DNA of 53,959 nt from Octopus sinensis (GCF_006345805.1 NW_021833953.1:1-53959); one strand, 5' to 3'; counted from the first letter of the stretch, positions 24,309 through 36,060 are shown. A program made the numbers and translations. Notes: generated from the sequence alone by a model not told the origin.

Positions 24309-25117
24309 ATGGACCCTGATTTGGTTGCAGTTGTATTGTTGTACTCTTAGTATATCTACGGTGGTAGTCTTGGGGCCTGTAAGAAGACAATTCGGTCAGC
24401 AGTGATGTTTATCGCCATGCAGTCCGGTTATGAGGTGATAGAGGAAGCTGCTCTTTCTGCTCTTGTCGAACTGCTGATTGTCTGTAATTCTATTTCTATC
24501 ACTAAGGATATGTGTGAGCTCACCAAGGATGCACATGACCTTTGCGAACACTCCAGTCGAACTCTCCTAGTGCCTCGAGACGTCCAACTGGCCTACACAG
24601 AACTGGGAGGGAACATCGAAGACCTCATCTCTTATGGGGAATGGGCCACAGCTGCTAACGGCATTCCTCCAAATGTGATTTCGGTCACTCCGGAGAGACC
24701 TCTATTGACTGATATTGGGGACAAGCAGCCTCTGCCTTCCCACCTCCCAGACCATGTTAGACCATTTCCCGATCCCCACACTTATTTGAGGACTCCGAGT
24801 GTGGCTGGGGAGTTCACCGACGAGCGAAATCAGCGAATCAAATCCACGGAGGACATTCGCTCTATTTTTGGTGCTGTGGCCAGACTACGAGCTCATGAAT
24901 CCACGTTTGTCGAACTGGGCAACACTGATTTCCGCAGTTGTGGATTGACTATTACTTTTAGTTTTGTATCCGAGAGGAGTGCAGTGCTACCTCCATGGCT
25001 GCCACGATGCAGAGTATCAAGATTCTGCTCAACCTCCCCCTTCTGAAGCTTCCAAAAAACTATATGAGGATGTTTCTTTCTCTTAGACACACACTCAGAT
25101 TTGTATTGTCGGATTAG
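24309..25117 (+). CDS. TAF8: Transcription initiation factor TFIID subunit 8
   Basis: Histone-fold SGYEVIEEAALSAL...LCEHSSRT...DVQLAYTELG and TAF8_C motif HLPDHVRPFPDPHTYLRTP. Three introns of 27, 27 and 25 nt. Confidence 0.93.
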
Positions 25118-25599
25118 TCCGTTCGTATTTAGCAATCTCCATTCTTTGGTTGTCTATGATTGAGTTGTAGTTAGGGCATGTCCAAGTTTTCTAAGAAATG
25201 CAGGGTGTCTGTAAAATAAATGAGTTTATTTGGATTGTCCAACTCAAATACAGTTTACTTTTGGTTGGTCGCCATTTCTATAAGTCGTCATTTCGTACAA
25301 AAATGTTTTTTACGAAGGAAATTTCTTTAAAAGTTAAAAATTTTTGTTACAAAAATAATTTTTTGGTGTAGCATGAGGAAGTCTTCTATATCCTATAATC
25401 AGAAAAGAGAATTATAAATTATTTTATTGACTATTCTCTAAGTTTGAGGCGTATTTCAGAAATTTTCTCGTCACATTAAAAAATCAATTTTGATAGGTGC
25501 AATTAATGATGCTAGTCGTTTTTCTAAACTTGGTTATTCATTAATTGATTATGAAATCATTACCTAGATAGGTTTAAAATTTTATGGCTATTGTTTAGA

Positions 25600-25850
25600 T
25601 TTGTAATATGACTGGATGTTAATAAAAGAACACTATTGATAAACCAAGATGTTTCAAAAACATGAACGTTGATGAGTATTTATAATGCCATAATTCTTCA
25701 AAGGCTTGGATGAACATGTAAATATTTAACGAATGATTATATAATTGGAACATGACTCTCAAACAAAAACAAAGGAACATAGTTTGTAGACTATTGTCTT
25801 TCTCATAAAATAACAATCGAATTAAGCATGATAAAAAAATTTTAATTTAA
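25600..25850 (+). mobile_element. Degenerate pogo/Tigger DDE transposase remnant
   Basis: CNMTG...KPRCFKN...NSSKAWMN.IFNE.LYNWN..LKQKQRNI with in-frame stops. A possible TIR start CAGGGTGTC lies at 25201. Confidence 0.7.
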
Positions 25851-26231
25851 ACATATAATTGAAAAAATAAATTACGGCGAAGCAAATATTGAATGCTATA
25901 AAAAATTAACGCTGAAAAAAGGAATATTATTTTCGTAACTTGACGGGAAAAGGGAAGTATTGTCTCCAAAAGAAGCTTTTCGATTCTTCAGCCCGAAATG
26001 CTGAAAAAAATTTATCTGGTAATTATTGTTGAATACTTGAAGAAAAAATATCTACTTGAAGAATCAGTTTTAATTAATAAAAAACTGGAGGTCGGTGCCC
26101 AGAACAAGTATCTACTGGACCAGATTTTATCAAAATGTCTTCATTCCATCCTATGCAAAAGTGCTACGGAGGATTTGGTGAATGTCACAAACTCTAGTCA
26201 CTGGCTGGCCAAAGGCAATAATTCCCTAAGG

Positions 26232-26496
26232 GAGGGGTGGCTAACCAGTCGATCGCCTTCGATATATAAATTGCTAATTATATTTTTGTATTTGAATTAT
26301 TATAAAAATATTAAAAACCTGCCACTCTCAAAACAGTCTTGTCAGAAGTACTGAAAGTATTTCTGAAAATCTTGCCAAAAATCCCATTAACTTGTAATTA
26401 TAAAATAAAAATTTTGTTATTAAAATATATAAGTCGATCGCCAAAAAATCGCAATATGAAAAGTAGCTCGCCGGTGAAAAACGTTGGCCACCAGGT
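26232..26496. mobile_element. Degenerate hAT-like MITE
   Basis: The ends GAGGGGTGGCTAACCAGTCGATCGCC and AAGTAGCTCGCC...AAAAACGTTGGCCACC resemble hAT termini. No intact TSD. Confidence 0.45.
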
Positions 26497-26549
26497 CTGA
26501 AGACTTATTCTTTCTCGTGCAAGAAAGAAATTAATTTTTTGCAGAACAT

Positions 26550-26810
26550 AACTCAGTATGTTCCCACTGCATGAGATGAAAGAAGACAGTCGATCACTGT
26601 GCCACTAAATGTGAAAAGATGTTACATGGGGATTATGTCAAGAGGCATGATGAAGTAGTGAGTTGCATCCACTTTCATTTTTGTCGAGAATTTGGATTCA
26701 GGAATGATAAAAAACACATTCGGTAGAATCTGTATCGGCGAATGGTTGAAATCAGAGTGAACACATTTATAAAGACTGACATCGTCGTGGAACAAAGACA
26801 CTCGTTGCAA
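26550..26810 (+). mobile_element. RLE-type (R2/R4-like) non-LTR retrotransposon remnant: zinc knuckle plus RHD
   Basis: CSHC.R.KKTVDHCATKCEKMLHGDYVKRHDEVVSCIH...IRVNTFIKTD, with two stops. Confidence 0.8.
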
Positions 26811-27359
26811 GCTTATATATGTAATATGGAAGATTACTCAGCCAACACATAGGTGTTTCCACAACATGGTAAACCTCCTTTGGGATACACTATTTCACAA
26901 TGTTCGAGTATCTTGGAAAAAAGTCGCTCAATTGAATGGGCAACCATGGTCGGATAAAAGTTGAAGACAAATATTAGACTTTGAAAAAACCCGAATTAAA
27001 CAAGCAAAGAATGCAATATTAAAATTCCAATAAAAATGTTAATAGGCGTTAGGTGTCCCCTAGCGTTTCCATATCCAATTGGAAGTTCCAACTGACATGA
27101 TGGACCACGTAACGCCACGCTAAAATTCAGAAAGTGAAAGATCGCTATTCGCAATTGTGTCGTGCCAGAAGGACTCTCCCTCACGAGCAAGGTAACGTTG
27201 ACGACAATTGACCCCCAGCTGGAAAGTAGCCTCCTTTGGATTTGAACCCACAAAAGTCCATAACTAACTCTTCAGCCAACGGGGAAAAAACATTAGACTT
27301 AGCACGTGTCATGTGGTTCACCGTTTTTGGTGGCCTCAGATACAACCTTAAATTGTATC

Positions 27360-27700
27360 CAAAACTAAACGTTTGTCAACATCCATTCAGAGGACCTCCC
27401 ACTGGACAGCACTTCCTTTAAGCTCGGGCACTTTGTTGAGGAAAATCCTGGACCTGGAAAGAAAATCAATATATTGAGCCTGAATATCAACGGAATTATG
27501 CCGGAACATCGGGAAAGGTTGCGAGAACTGCTGCGAATACCATTGATAATTGAAGCGTGGGATGAAACTAAAAGAACAACAGCAACGAATTGCTTCGAAA
27601 AAGCATTTAACAATTGGGCAAAGCAGGACACTCCGGATGCCTCTACTATTAAGGAGGACTCTACGGTTTCAGATGATAACGAAAAATCAAGTGAATAAAA
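27360..27700 (+). mobile_element. APE-type non-LTR retrotransposon remnant: 2A-like motif and start of the endonuclease
   Basis: VEENPGP at 27435-27455 is immediately followed by KINILSLNINGI and a loose IIxxxxETK motif. Confidence 0.6.
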
Positions 27701-28339
27701 ATGATGAAGATATAGAAAAAATTGGTTTCTGTGATGCAATGTGTGCAATTGAGACTGGAAAAGTTTATTCTACAAAATTCACCTTCAAATATACCAATTA
27801 TGGGTAAATTACGAAATATAATGCAAAAAAAACTTGTAATAACTGATTTTATGTGTAAAAATAAATAAATTCGAATTTTCTAAATTATTTTGAATTTTCG
27901 TTAGAAAAAAAATCCACTGTATTATCGATGTAGCATGTTTGTTACTCTCAATGAATATACAGTAGAATCATTTTTATCAAATAATTGCATCAAAGTAATA
28001 CTAAATGTTTAAAATTAATTTTTTACGAATATAGAAAAACGGAGTCCGGACCTATTAAACGTGCTCATTGTAGATGGCAGGAATGATTTTTGTCGTTATA
28101 GTTAACAGTTATTCCGGGTGTTCCATGTTTATTGATATCAGAGTAAACTGATACATTCTCCAATCAAATATTAGACCAAAGGTACTAAGTTCACGTTAGC
28201 GTTGTAAATCAGTGCTAATTCGCTAGCTAAAGACCGTATTTAAAAATTTGTTTGATTTGAACTTGTTTAGAAATTGTTATCTTAAATAAAGCATAAAATT
28301 TATTTGCGTCTAAAAGAATTATCCTCATGTATCAGCAAC

Positions 28340-28920
28340 CAGAAGATCTGTAAGATCCAAATTCGTTTCCATTAGACAATTAAAAAATGTTGAATGCAGT
28401 GACTTTCTTTTAATCTTTTCATTTATATGTTTTTTTTGACTTCTTTAATTCTAAATGTAAAAAGAACTTTAAAGACGAATAATTTGCTCTGCTACTCATT
28501 CAACAGTTAAACTCAGCGGAATGTGAAAACTCTCAAGATCTTATTCACTTTTCAAAAATTGACCCAGGAACCGTTTAAAATATATAAATCCATAGATTTC
28601 TCTAATTGGTCCATAAATCATAACCGATAAAAAATATTATTTAAAGCTATCTTCTATTAATATTTATAAATTTTCTGTCGCCAGAGCTAACAGATTTAGA
28701 ACTGGCAGATCCAGTGCTGATGTTATCTGGATGGCTGCATTATGTCAAAAATACAAACAAAGCGCCGAGATACTCGGAATTGACATGTCCAGAGCATTCA
28801 ATTCAGTTCACAGAATTAAACTCGTTAGAATACTCACAATATTTTTAAATCAGGACTAAATCAGTATCATCGTAAAGCTTCTTCAAGCCACTCAGAATTC
28901 ACCGAGGAAAAATCATTGTG
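28340..28920 (+). mobile_element. RTE-like reverse transcriptase pseudogene fragment
   Basis: FRTGRSSADVIW...CQKYKQSAEILGIDMSRAFNSVHRIKLVRIL (RT domains 2-3), with stops and deletions. Confidence 0.8.
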
Positions 28921-29423
28921 AATAAAGTTTGTATTTAAAAATTATTTTAGGCAAAAAAATGAACTTTTTTACACTATTCGTAAGTTTTGAGCATTATTGC
29001 TCAATAATTATTGAGCAATAATAAATCTAATTAAAAAACAGAACCAGTGAATTTTCCAATCGAGGAAGCATTTACTGATCTACAACAGATTCGTTTCAAT
29101 TCAGATCTATCAAACCGAATTTATTCAAAATATCATATTTTTTAAATCATTCTTAAAGGATATTTCTGATTATCGACTATAAAACACATTTCAATAATAA
29201 ATCTCTCATATTTCTGTTTAAATTTTAAACTTTAAAATAATGAAAAAAATAATCCCCATAGACCGCAATTTTTTGTTCAAGTACTGCACCCATAAGTAAC
29301 TAGTATTGTACATTGTTATTTTATATTTTCTATCAATAATTAAAACTTAAAAATGTTCCTCCATTTAATCAATGTCATCAACATAAACACAATTATGTAA
29401 ATTAATCGATTATTTAATAAAGA

Positions 29424-29720
29424 TCACTGGCGTCTCCCGAAAGCTTCCTTTTGTCGTTCAAGAACAAGTCCGTCTGGCGAGGGCTCATCAAAGTCAAACT
29501 TTTTGAGGACACCGACGGGGCAATACTGCTTGTTTAGTTTATTTAAAATGTATTTTCTTGCGGTATTAAGACATGGGCCACATGCAGATATAAATGCAGA
29601 TGTTTTTTTGTCGGAAATGTCCAAGAAATTCAAAAATTTGCTATTTTGGTTTGGTTTATCTTGGCTGCCGAATTTAAAAAGATTTCTTGTCGGGAAGCGG
29701 GTAGTCCGGCCATATGACAT
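29424..29720 (-). CDS. Intronless 98-aa ORF of unknown function
   Basis: ATG to TGA in a local GC-richer island with an A-rich context upstream of the ATG. No family recognised. Confidence 0.3.
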   Translation of the reverse strand: MSYGRTTRFPTRNLFKFGSQDKPNQNSKFLNFLDISDKKTSAFISACGPCLNTARKYILNKLNKQYCPVGVLKKFDFDEPSPDGLVLERQKEAFGRRQ

Positions 29721-30351
29721 TTATTATTCCTCGAAAAAATGACCACAAGACAATTATAAGTTTTATAAATATTGACAATTATTGGAATCGCCAAATAAGT
29801 AAAAATGAAATTTTAATTAAAAAGAATTCTTCTTTTCAAGAAACTTTACTAAAAATTTCTACTTGTAAGTAAAGAAGAGTGGTCGAGAATCTGCTGGCAA
29901 CTTTCTTGTTCACAAGTTCGATTCCCAGCGGCTCCTGTGCCGGAAGCTCCGTTTAAGTTCTACGAGTCATGGATATCTGATCACATATGGATTCCAAATA
30001 TGAATGGATTTTCGAGTGAGATGTCAAAAGCTTTCTGACGTCCCAACAGCCGCACTACAATTAAAAGAAAACTTTAAGACAAGTTTTATTCTGCTTATAC
30101 TCATTTTGCACAAACAACTTTAACTCGTTGCCTAAAAACTTGAAAGTCTTTTTGTCTTCATTAATTATCATTCGATAGGTCACCTCTTGTTGAGTTCAAA
30201 ACAAAAATTCTTGTTTAATGGAAAAATAATATATAATTTGATAACAAAGATACCTAAAAGTCTTATCTATGTGGAATCTTATGTGTAAGTCTTTGCATTC
30301 CTCGGAATTGACACAAGTACTTCGATTTTGGTCAGCAATTTATAATAGTTT

Positions 30352-30433
30352 AAAATGGACTCTGACTAGCCTGAGGGTAGAACTGATAATTCATTTCAAT
30401 GGCTGACAACAACGTACTGCCCGTGATGACTAT
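30352..30433 (+). pseudogene. 82-bp duplicated fragment of ARMC9, including an intron
   Basis: 76/82 identity to 10340-10421 by manual alignment. Confidence 0.93.
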
Positions 30434-31480
30434 GTCAAACTTTTATAGATAATCCTGTAAATAAATATCATCAGTAACGAGAAACCAATAAATCTGTCTG
30501 TGGGAGTACACAAAAATATTACAAAATTGCGTTTACAATTCTGTTAGTGAAGTTAGAAAATGCAAACAAATTTTAATTGAGGCTATCATGAGTGAAATTA
30601 ATCTTCTGAATTTACTTCGATCCTTCATATCGTCAATGCTACGAAGAAGAGACTTGAAGAATTCAAAAAATGGGTGGAAACTTATTGTAAAAGACGAAAT
30701 TCAACAAACATGAATCAATGTGATATCAAGAAGGTCGATGAAGGTAGAAAGGTTAACCAAAAACAAGACAATTTACTCCCTGTGAATGTGGAAATTTCTA
30801 AATGTAAAAGGTGTCTTGCAAAAATAAATATACAAAACAAAATTTGAAAAAGTATGTCAAATAAAAAACCAACTTCAAAAATATAGTGGAGTTCCTCATG
30901 ATCTTTCATGTATGTTTTTAGTCAAATACTAAATTCCTTAACTTTGTAATAAATCAACAAAACTTTAATTTTGTGACTTACTCGAGATTAGAAAATCTTT
31001 TTACAAAAAAATGATACGATTGTAGAAATGATCAAAAATCTGAGACTTAAATCGGTTTATAAAAAAGAACTACTTTTCCTTTTAAATTTTATATTTTTCA
31101 TAAAAATTGTTTTAACAATTCAGGAAATACGTAAAAATTTTTTTTTTATATGATCGAATCTTGCGTTTCTTTTACGATTATTTATATTTCGTCATTCTCT
31201 AAATCTTTGTTTCGGTTCAATATTACATTTGGATTAAGTTTTTCTAAACTTTCAGAAATTAGTATGATTACCTGATAAAGGATTATTTTTAACAAAAGAC
31301 AAAAGATTAGGATTATTTGATTACCTGACGAAAGACGATTTTGTTTATGTATAATTTCATTTTTTAAAATTCAATAGTGCCCCAAAAATTTCGTAGAGCA
31401 AATTGGGCTTATATTTAAGAGCTAAAATGCTATTTTTACTTTTTATACTTTTTTTTTCTTTTTTAATATAAAATTGAAAA

Positions 31481-31680
31481 ACAGTGGAAGTGGAGTAAAG
31501 GAGGAAGTATGACATCCTTGCATACGAGCTAGGGCTGATGCACCAGTGCAAAGTCCATGTCATCCCGTGTGTGATGATACTTAAGGTCACCAAATATCAC
31601 AAGAGGTACTTAAGACAATTGGGCTAGATAAGTCTCTACAGGCTTAGCAGTCAACTGTTCTTAAGAAGACTCTTTTTAAA
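31481..31680 (+). mobile_element. RLE-type non-LTR retrotransposon C-terminal remnant
   Basis: TVEVE.RRKYDILAYELGLMHQCKVHVIP...VTKYHKRYLRQLG...STVLKKTL. Confidence 0.75.
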
Positions 31681-31699
31681 TGCTATTTATTTTTTAATG

Positions 31700-33040
31700 C
31701 TAATTTAAATTTCCTCAGAATTCAAAGATGAGTTCTATATTGCTGAAGATGGCCTTTTATTTTGTTCTCTTTGTGTATCAAAAGTCAACTATTCAAAAAA
31801 TTCTCAGTCGATTCTCATCTTTCTTTTTTAAAACATCAGAACAATATGCGTATAAATTTGTTATACTATTATAGGTCATTCATGTAATTCAGTTCAAACA
31901 ACATTAACTGAATCAAAGTAGATTCGGTTAATGAAACGATCACACAAGCTTTTGTACAATCAAACATCCCGCTATACAAATTAAATAACGATTCGATCAA
32001 AAAATGTTTGAAACATAAAATTAACACTCCCTCCGAATTTTCATGCAGAACTATGGTAAATTTTTGCCGAAAAAAAGATAAATGAGTTGAAAAAATTATT
32101 AACGTATTAAAATTTATTTTTTAACTTTTAAAAAGAAAAGATTTTTATAATAATTGATGAAACAGATATCCGAATGAAAAGTTTTGCAGTGATTCTAATT
32201 GGGATCATTCGCTTTCCAACAAAATCCTATTTGGTTGAATGCAAACCACTGGAAAATCATGCCAATGCTTGTATCATCTGCCAAATAATAGATGATGTCA
32301 GTAGAGAAATGAAGACAATTTTTATCTATTAATTTCAGATGCCGCTCATTATATGATTTCTGGTGATATAAAAGTATGTAAATAAATAGGTGGTAAAACT
32401 TAGTGGTCATGTATAACAACATGCATCATGTGACTTGTGTTTCTCATTTGTTATACAATACGGTTTTACGTATAAAGTGTGCATATCCGAAAGTAGATGG
32501 TTTAATTTCAAGCATTAAAGCAAAAAACCTAAGACTTCGTAATTTGTTCAAGGATGTAGGATACCCATCTGATGTGGTAATTTTTTTTAATTTTGCAGAT
32601 GGGGAAGTTGGTTTAAAGGAGCGAAATATTATTTCATTAATTTCGAAATAATTTGTGAAATTGTTTTCAGTCAGATTGAGTTTTAGTATCAAATGCTAAC
32701 ATCATGTAAATAATCCAGATATTAAACTTAAATTAACGGAGATGATATCCAATTATTCACAAATAATCTTCTTATAGATCTTCTTAAAAGTTCGGAATGC
32801 TGCGATTACTCAATCAATCTTCATTAATATTATGATATAAAAGGACTACATTTTTATGATGACAAGAAAAGATTAAAAATGATATGAACAAAAGAATGGA
32901 GGAAAATGGATTTAAATCCATTATTGAAATCACTGAACCGAAAATTAGCCAACAAGATTATTTTTTACTTTCACGCAGTCAGGCATCCTCTGCATCTGTT
33001 GAAAGAGAAATTAAAATGCTGAAAAATATTTAACTTCAAT
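31700..33040 (+). mobile_element. Degenerate hAT-like (CGGBP1-related) transposase pseudogene
   Basis: LFCSLC...SHL zinc finger, AFVQSNIPLYKLNN, IIIDET, LSDAAHYM, HVTCVSHLLYN...PKVDGLISSIKA and SASVER, with many frameshifts. Confidence 0.75.
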
Positions 33041-33177
33041 GATTGTTATCTGGAAAATCTTCAAAAGGCGGGGACAAAATGAAGAAAAAAAGAAAATGGT
33101 GATATGATGAAGAAAATATAAACGTGGGATATAAATTTATTATTAGACGTGAAAAACTAGATAATTATGATCTAGAA

Positions 33178-33760
33178 CAGCGGTTCTTGACCTTTTTCAA
33201 ATTTTTGATAAATTGTACCCCTTGGGGTTAAAAATGAATCCCGCGTACCCCCTATCGATTTTTAAATTTTTACATATCTTTTTTTGAGATAAATGACTTA
33301 ATTATAAAATATAAATTATTTTCTAACTAAACAAAATCAATAAAATATTTTATGCTTAAAAAGTGTAAAAGATTTAATTCTAGTGAGATATTTGTTGTTG
33401 CTTTTCTGCAACAAGTTTTCTAATATTCGAATCCATGTTGCTAAGAGCGATTAGCATATCATCTCCAACTTTCAATCGATTTCGCATAAGTATATGTTGT
33501 TGGATAAGGAATTAAATATTGCATACTAGCCATAGTCAATAACAAATACTTTGGAATCATTTTACTCCAAAATTCCATAAGTGTCCAGGAATTGAAACAT
33601 ATCTGAATAATCACAAAAATTGTAAAAGTAACCCTTGCAGTCGCAGAGCTTTTTAAATCAATTAATTCTTGTAGAAAAGGAAGTTCCTGAGCCTCATCAA
33701 TCTTACCAAAAAATGGTTCTAAAATCCAATCGGGAACAATCTGATCGCTATTATCGATTA
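33178..33760 (-). mobile_element. 3' end of a Buster/Charlie-type hAT element (ZBED8/SCAND3-like)
   Basis: TIR CAGCGGTTCTTGA flanked by ATCTAGAA. Minus strand reads PDWILEPF...LQELIDLK...EFW...PYPTTY...RNRLKVGDDMLIALSN...QQISH*. Confidence 0.85.
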
Positions 33761-34439
33761 AATTAAATTATGTTCCTTAAATATCGCTTTTTTCGTTAGA
33801 ACTCCTACCGCCAAATCCAAATTCAATGATTTCCGCCTCAATTGATTTAAGTGACCTGTCTATCGACATATTGGGTTTCTTTTTTAGAAGGACTGCTTTT
33901 TAAAACGCCTACCTTTCATTGGTTTTTTTAGATTTTGAGACTTTTTGTGCTTCCAGTTCTATAGTCTCGGTCTGCGTATAGTTTTCATTATATTTTGAGT
34001 CTATTCGTCTGGTTTCAATAGATACCCTGCTTTTTAAGACTTTTGCTTGCAAACGATTCTTTCAAACTAAAGTCACAGTTTGCTGTTTTTTCTATTTTAG
34101 TAATCTAATTAAGTTTTTTTGAGTTATTTTAGCGTGAAAGTTTATTTTGATTATCTTAGTTTGTTTTGATTTACAAGTTGAAAAAATATTAAGTATTATT
34201 GATCAAATATATATTTCAAAAATGGTCATCTACGATGTTAAATGCCGTTATCTACAGAACCGGATTTACCTAGAAGGGACTCACACGCAAGAATCAAATG
34301 ATATACCAAATATATCTGAAGTTAGTAAAGATACGTGTCCACTTAAAGAAATGAATGATGATTTATTCAAAAATATACACACAAGTCATTAAAAAAAAAA
34401 GAATTTTGAATAGTGTTATATTGTTCAAGAAAATTCAAA

Positions 34440-34800
34440 AAACAAGGAAAGATCATTAACGAGGCACCGAAGTGTCTCTTCATGACAACTCCAATTATAA
34501 TAAATCAACACAACTTTTCTTCAGGACTATCCGGATCAAGGGCACAGAGAATTCTTGTGAGTCTTTCGGCTTTTCGACCAGTTGTACTAAGCCAGTTTCA
34601 GTGCGAAACATCTTGTTTTTTCCAACTGTTCCATTCTCCTCCGTATAGCCATCGTAGCCATATGTGAGAACTGGCTGTACATGTAGATGTACGTTTCCGG
34701 ACACAGATACAACCTGGTTAAGCTTTTAAGGATCCTTGCACTTTTTTTCCTCGGATTTGCTACGAGCCATTTCATCAGCATATATCATGAGTTTGCTAGT
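34440..34800 (-). mobile_element. Possible RTE-like non-LTR C-terminal remnant
   Basis: Fragments ARILKSLTRL and HVQPVLTYG resemble the post-RT PVLxYG motif; frameshifted. Confidence 0.4.
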
Positions 34801-36060
34801 ACGTACGGATGTTTGCCACAACGAGTTTGAAAAGAAATGGACTCAAGACCGACACTACGGAATGCCCCTTTTAAAATTTTGTTTAGACGTAATGAAATAA
34901 ATCGAGTCGCAGAATTACAGTGATTGAAGGTTTGCGACAATACAATTTTACGATAAGTGAGCGGGAACCTGAAACGTAGTTAAATAATGGATTAGTAAAT
35001 ATTGTTAATCGTTTTGTTAGTCTCTGAAGTTTTTTACTGCTGGCATGTCAAATTAGTCTCAGATTGAAGAAGTAATCAAATGGGGAATACAGTGCGTGGA
35101 CCCAATCGTAAAACCACTTTGTCACTATTTCGATTAGACAATTATAATTCACAGCTGTATTCCGCCATCTCTGCCGTTTCAGAAATGACTGTCTGCCTGA
35201 GTTCTTCTATGGGAATAAAGGAACTCGTTGAAAGACGAAAACTCGTGAAAAAGAGAAGAATAACAATTTGTAGAAAATTCTCATTAAGTAAAAATAAATT
35301 CATTTCTATATGGCTTTTTAATCTCTCTTATAAACACATTGAGTTCTCATTTTACCTTTGATCAGGTTTCAGAACGTCACAGTCAACTAAAAATAATATC
35401 CATACATAATTCCAAAGCCGATTCTTATCTGCGCCTTGTCTCAAGTCTGAATTCGGATTTAATTCTATAAAACTGCCAGTCAGAGATCTGTTTTTTAGAA
35501 TAAGTAAACGGCATCCAATTGACATATTTATTCAAGTCACGAATGGATGCCTCATTCAAACCACCAAAGGTTTATTAGCACCCAATGATGAATTATATAT
35601 AAAGGTGAATAAATGTAGTTGTGAAAATAAATGTTGATGGAGCAATCGTTGATGGGAATCAGAGTGATGTCTGAGAGGTTTCGTTGTAATTGGAAAAGTA
35701 AAGAAGTGCGGGACAATGCTAAGAAGGCATCCAAAGTAATCCGAAGTCGATTATAAATAGGAACTGATTGTGTATCTGTTAAATCTGAAAAAAAGAAATA
35801 GAGGGACAAGTGGGCATCCAATAATGAATATCAACCCTGATAACATTATAGATGGAACAACCGAAAGAGGCAAAAACAGAAAAATCAAACAGTGTACTCA
35901 AAATCTTGCTGAAAATTTTAAAACGCCAGAATAGAGTAGATAAAAAGGTTTTAGACGAGCTGTAAAAAGCGCATATTATCCAGAAATATTTCAAACTGAT
36001 CCCCTGAAAAAATTAGCTCGATTGATATCACACACGTGGAGAACTGAGAAGTGATCTTTT

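Noticed and set aside
1518-25117. Alternative genetic code or widespread pseudogenisation to explain the broken ORFs
   Set aside because: Nearly all breaks examined are resolved by 22-28 nt GT-AG introns, and genes end on TAA, TAG and TGA at homologous positions.
30560-30900. Possible SWIM/MULE-associated gene remnant (FKKWVETYCKRRN...KCKRCLAKINI)
   Set aside because: The resemblance is too loose to call without a profile search.
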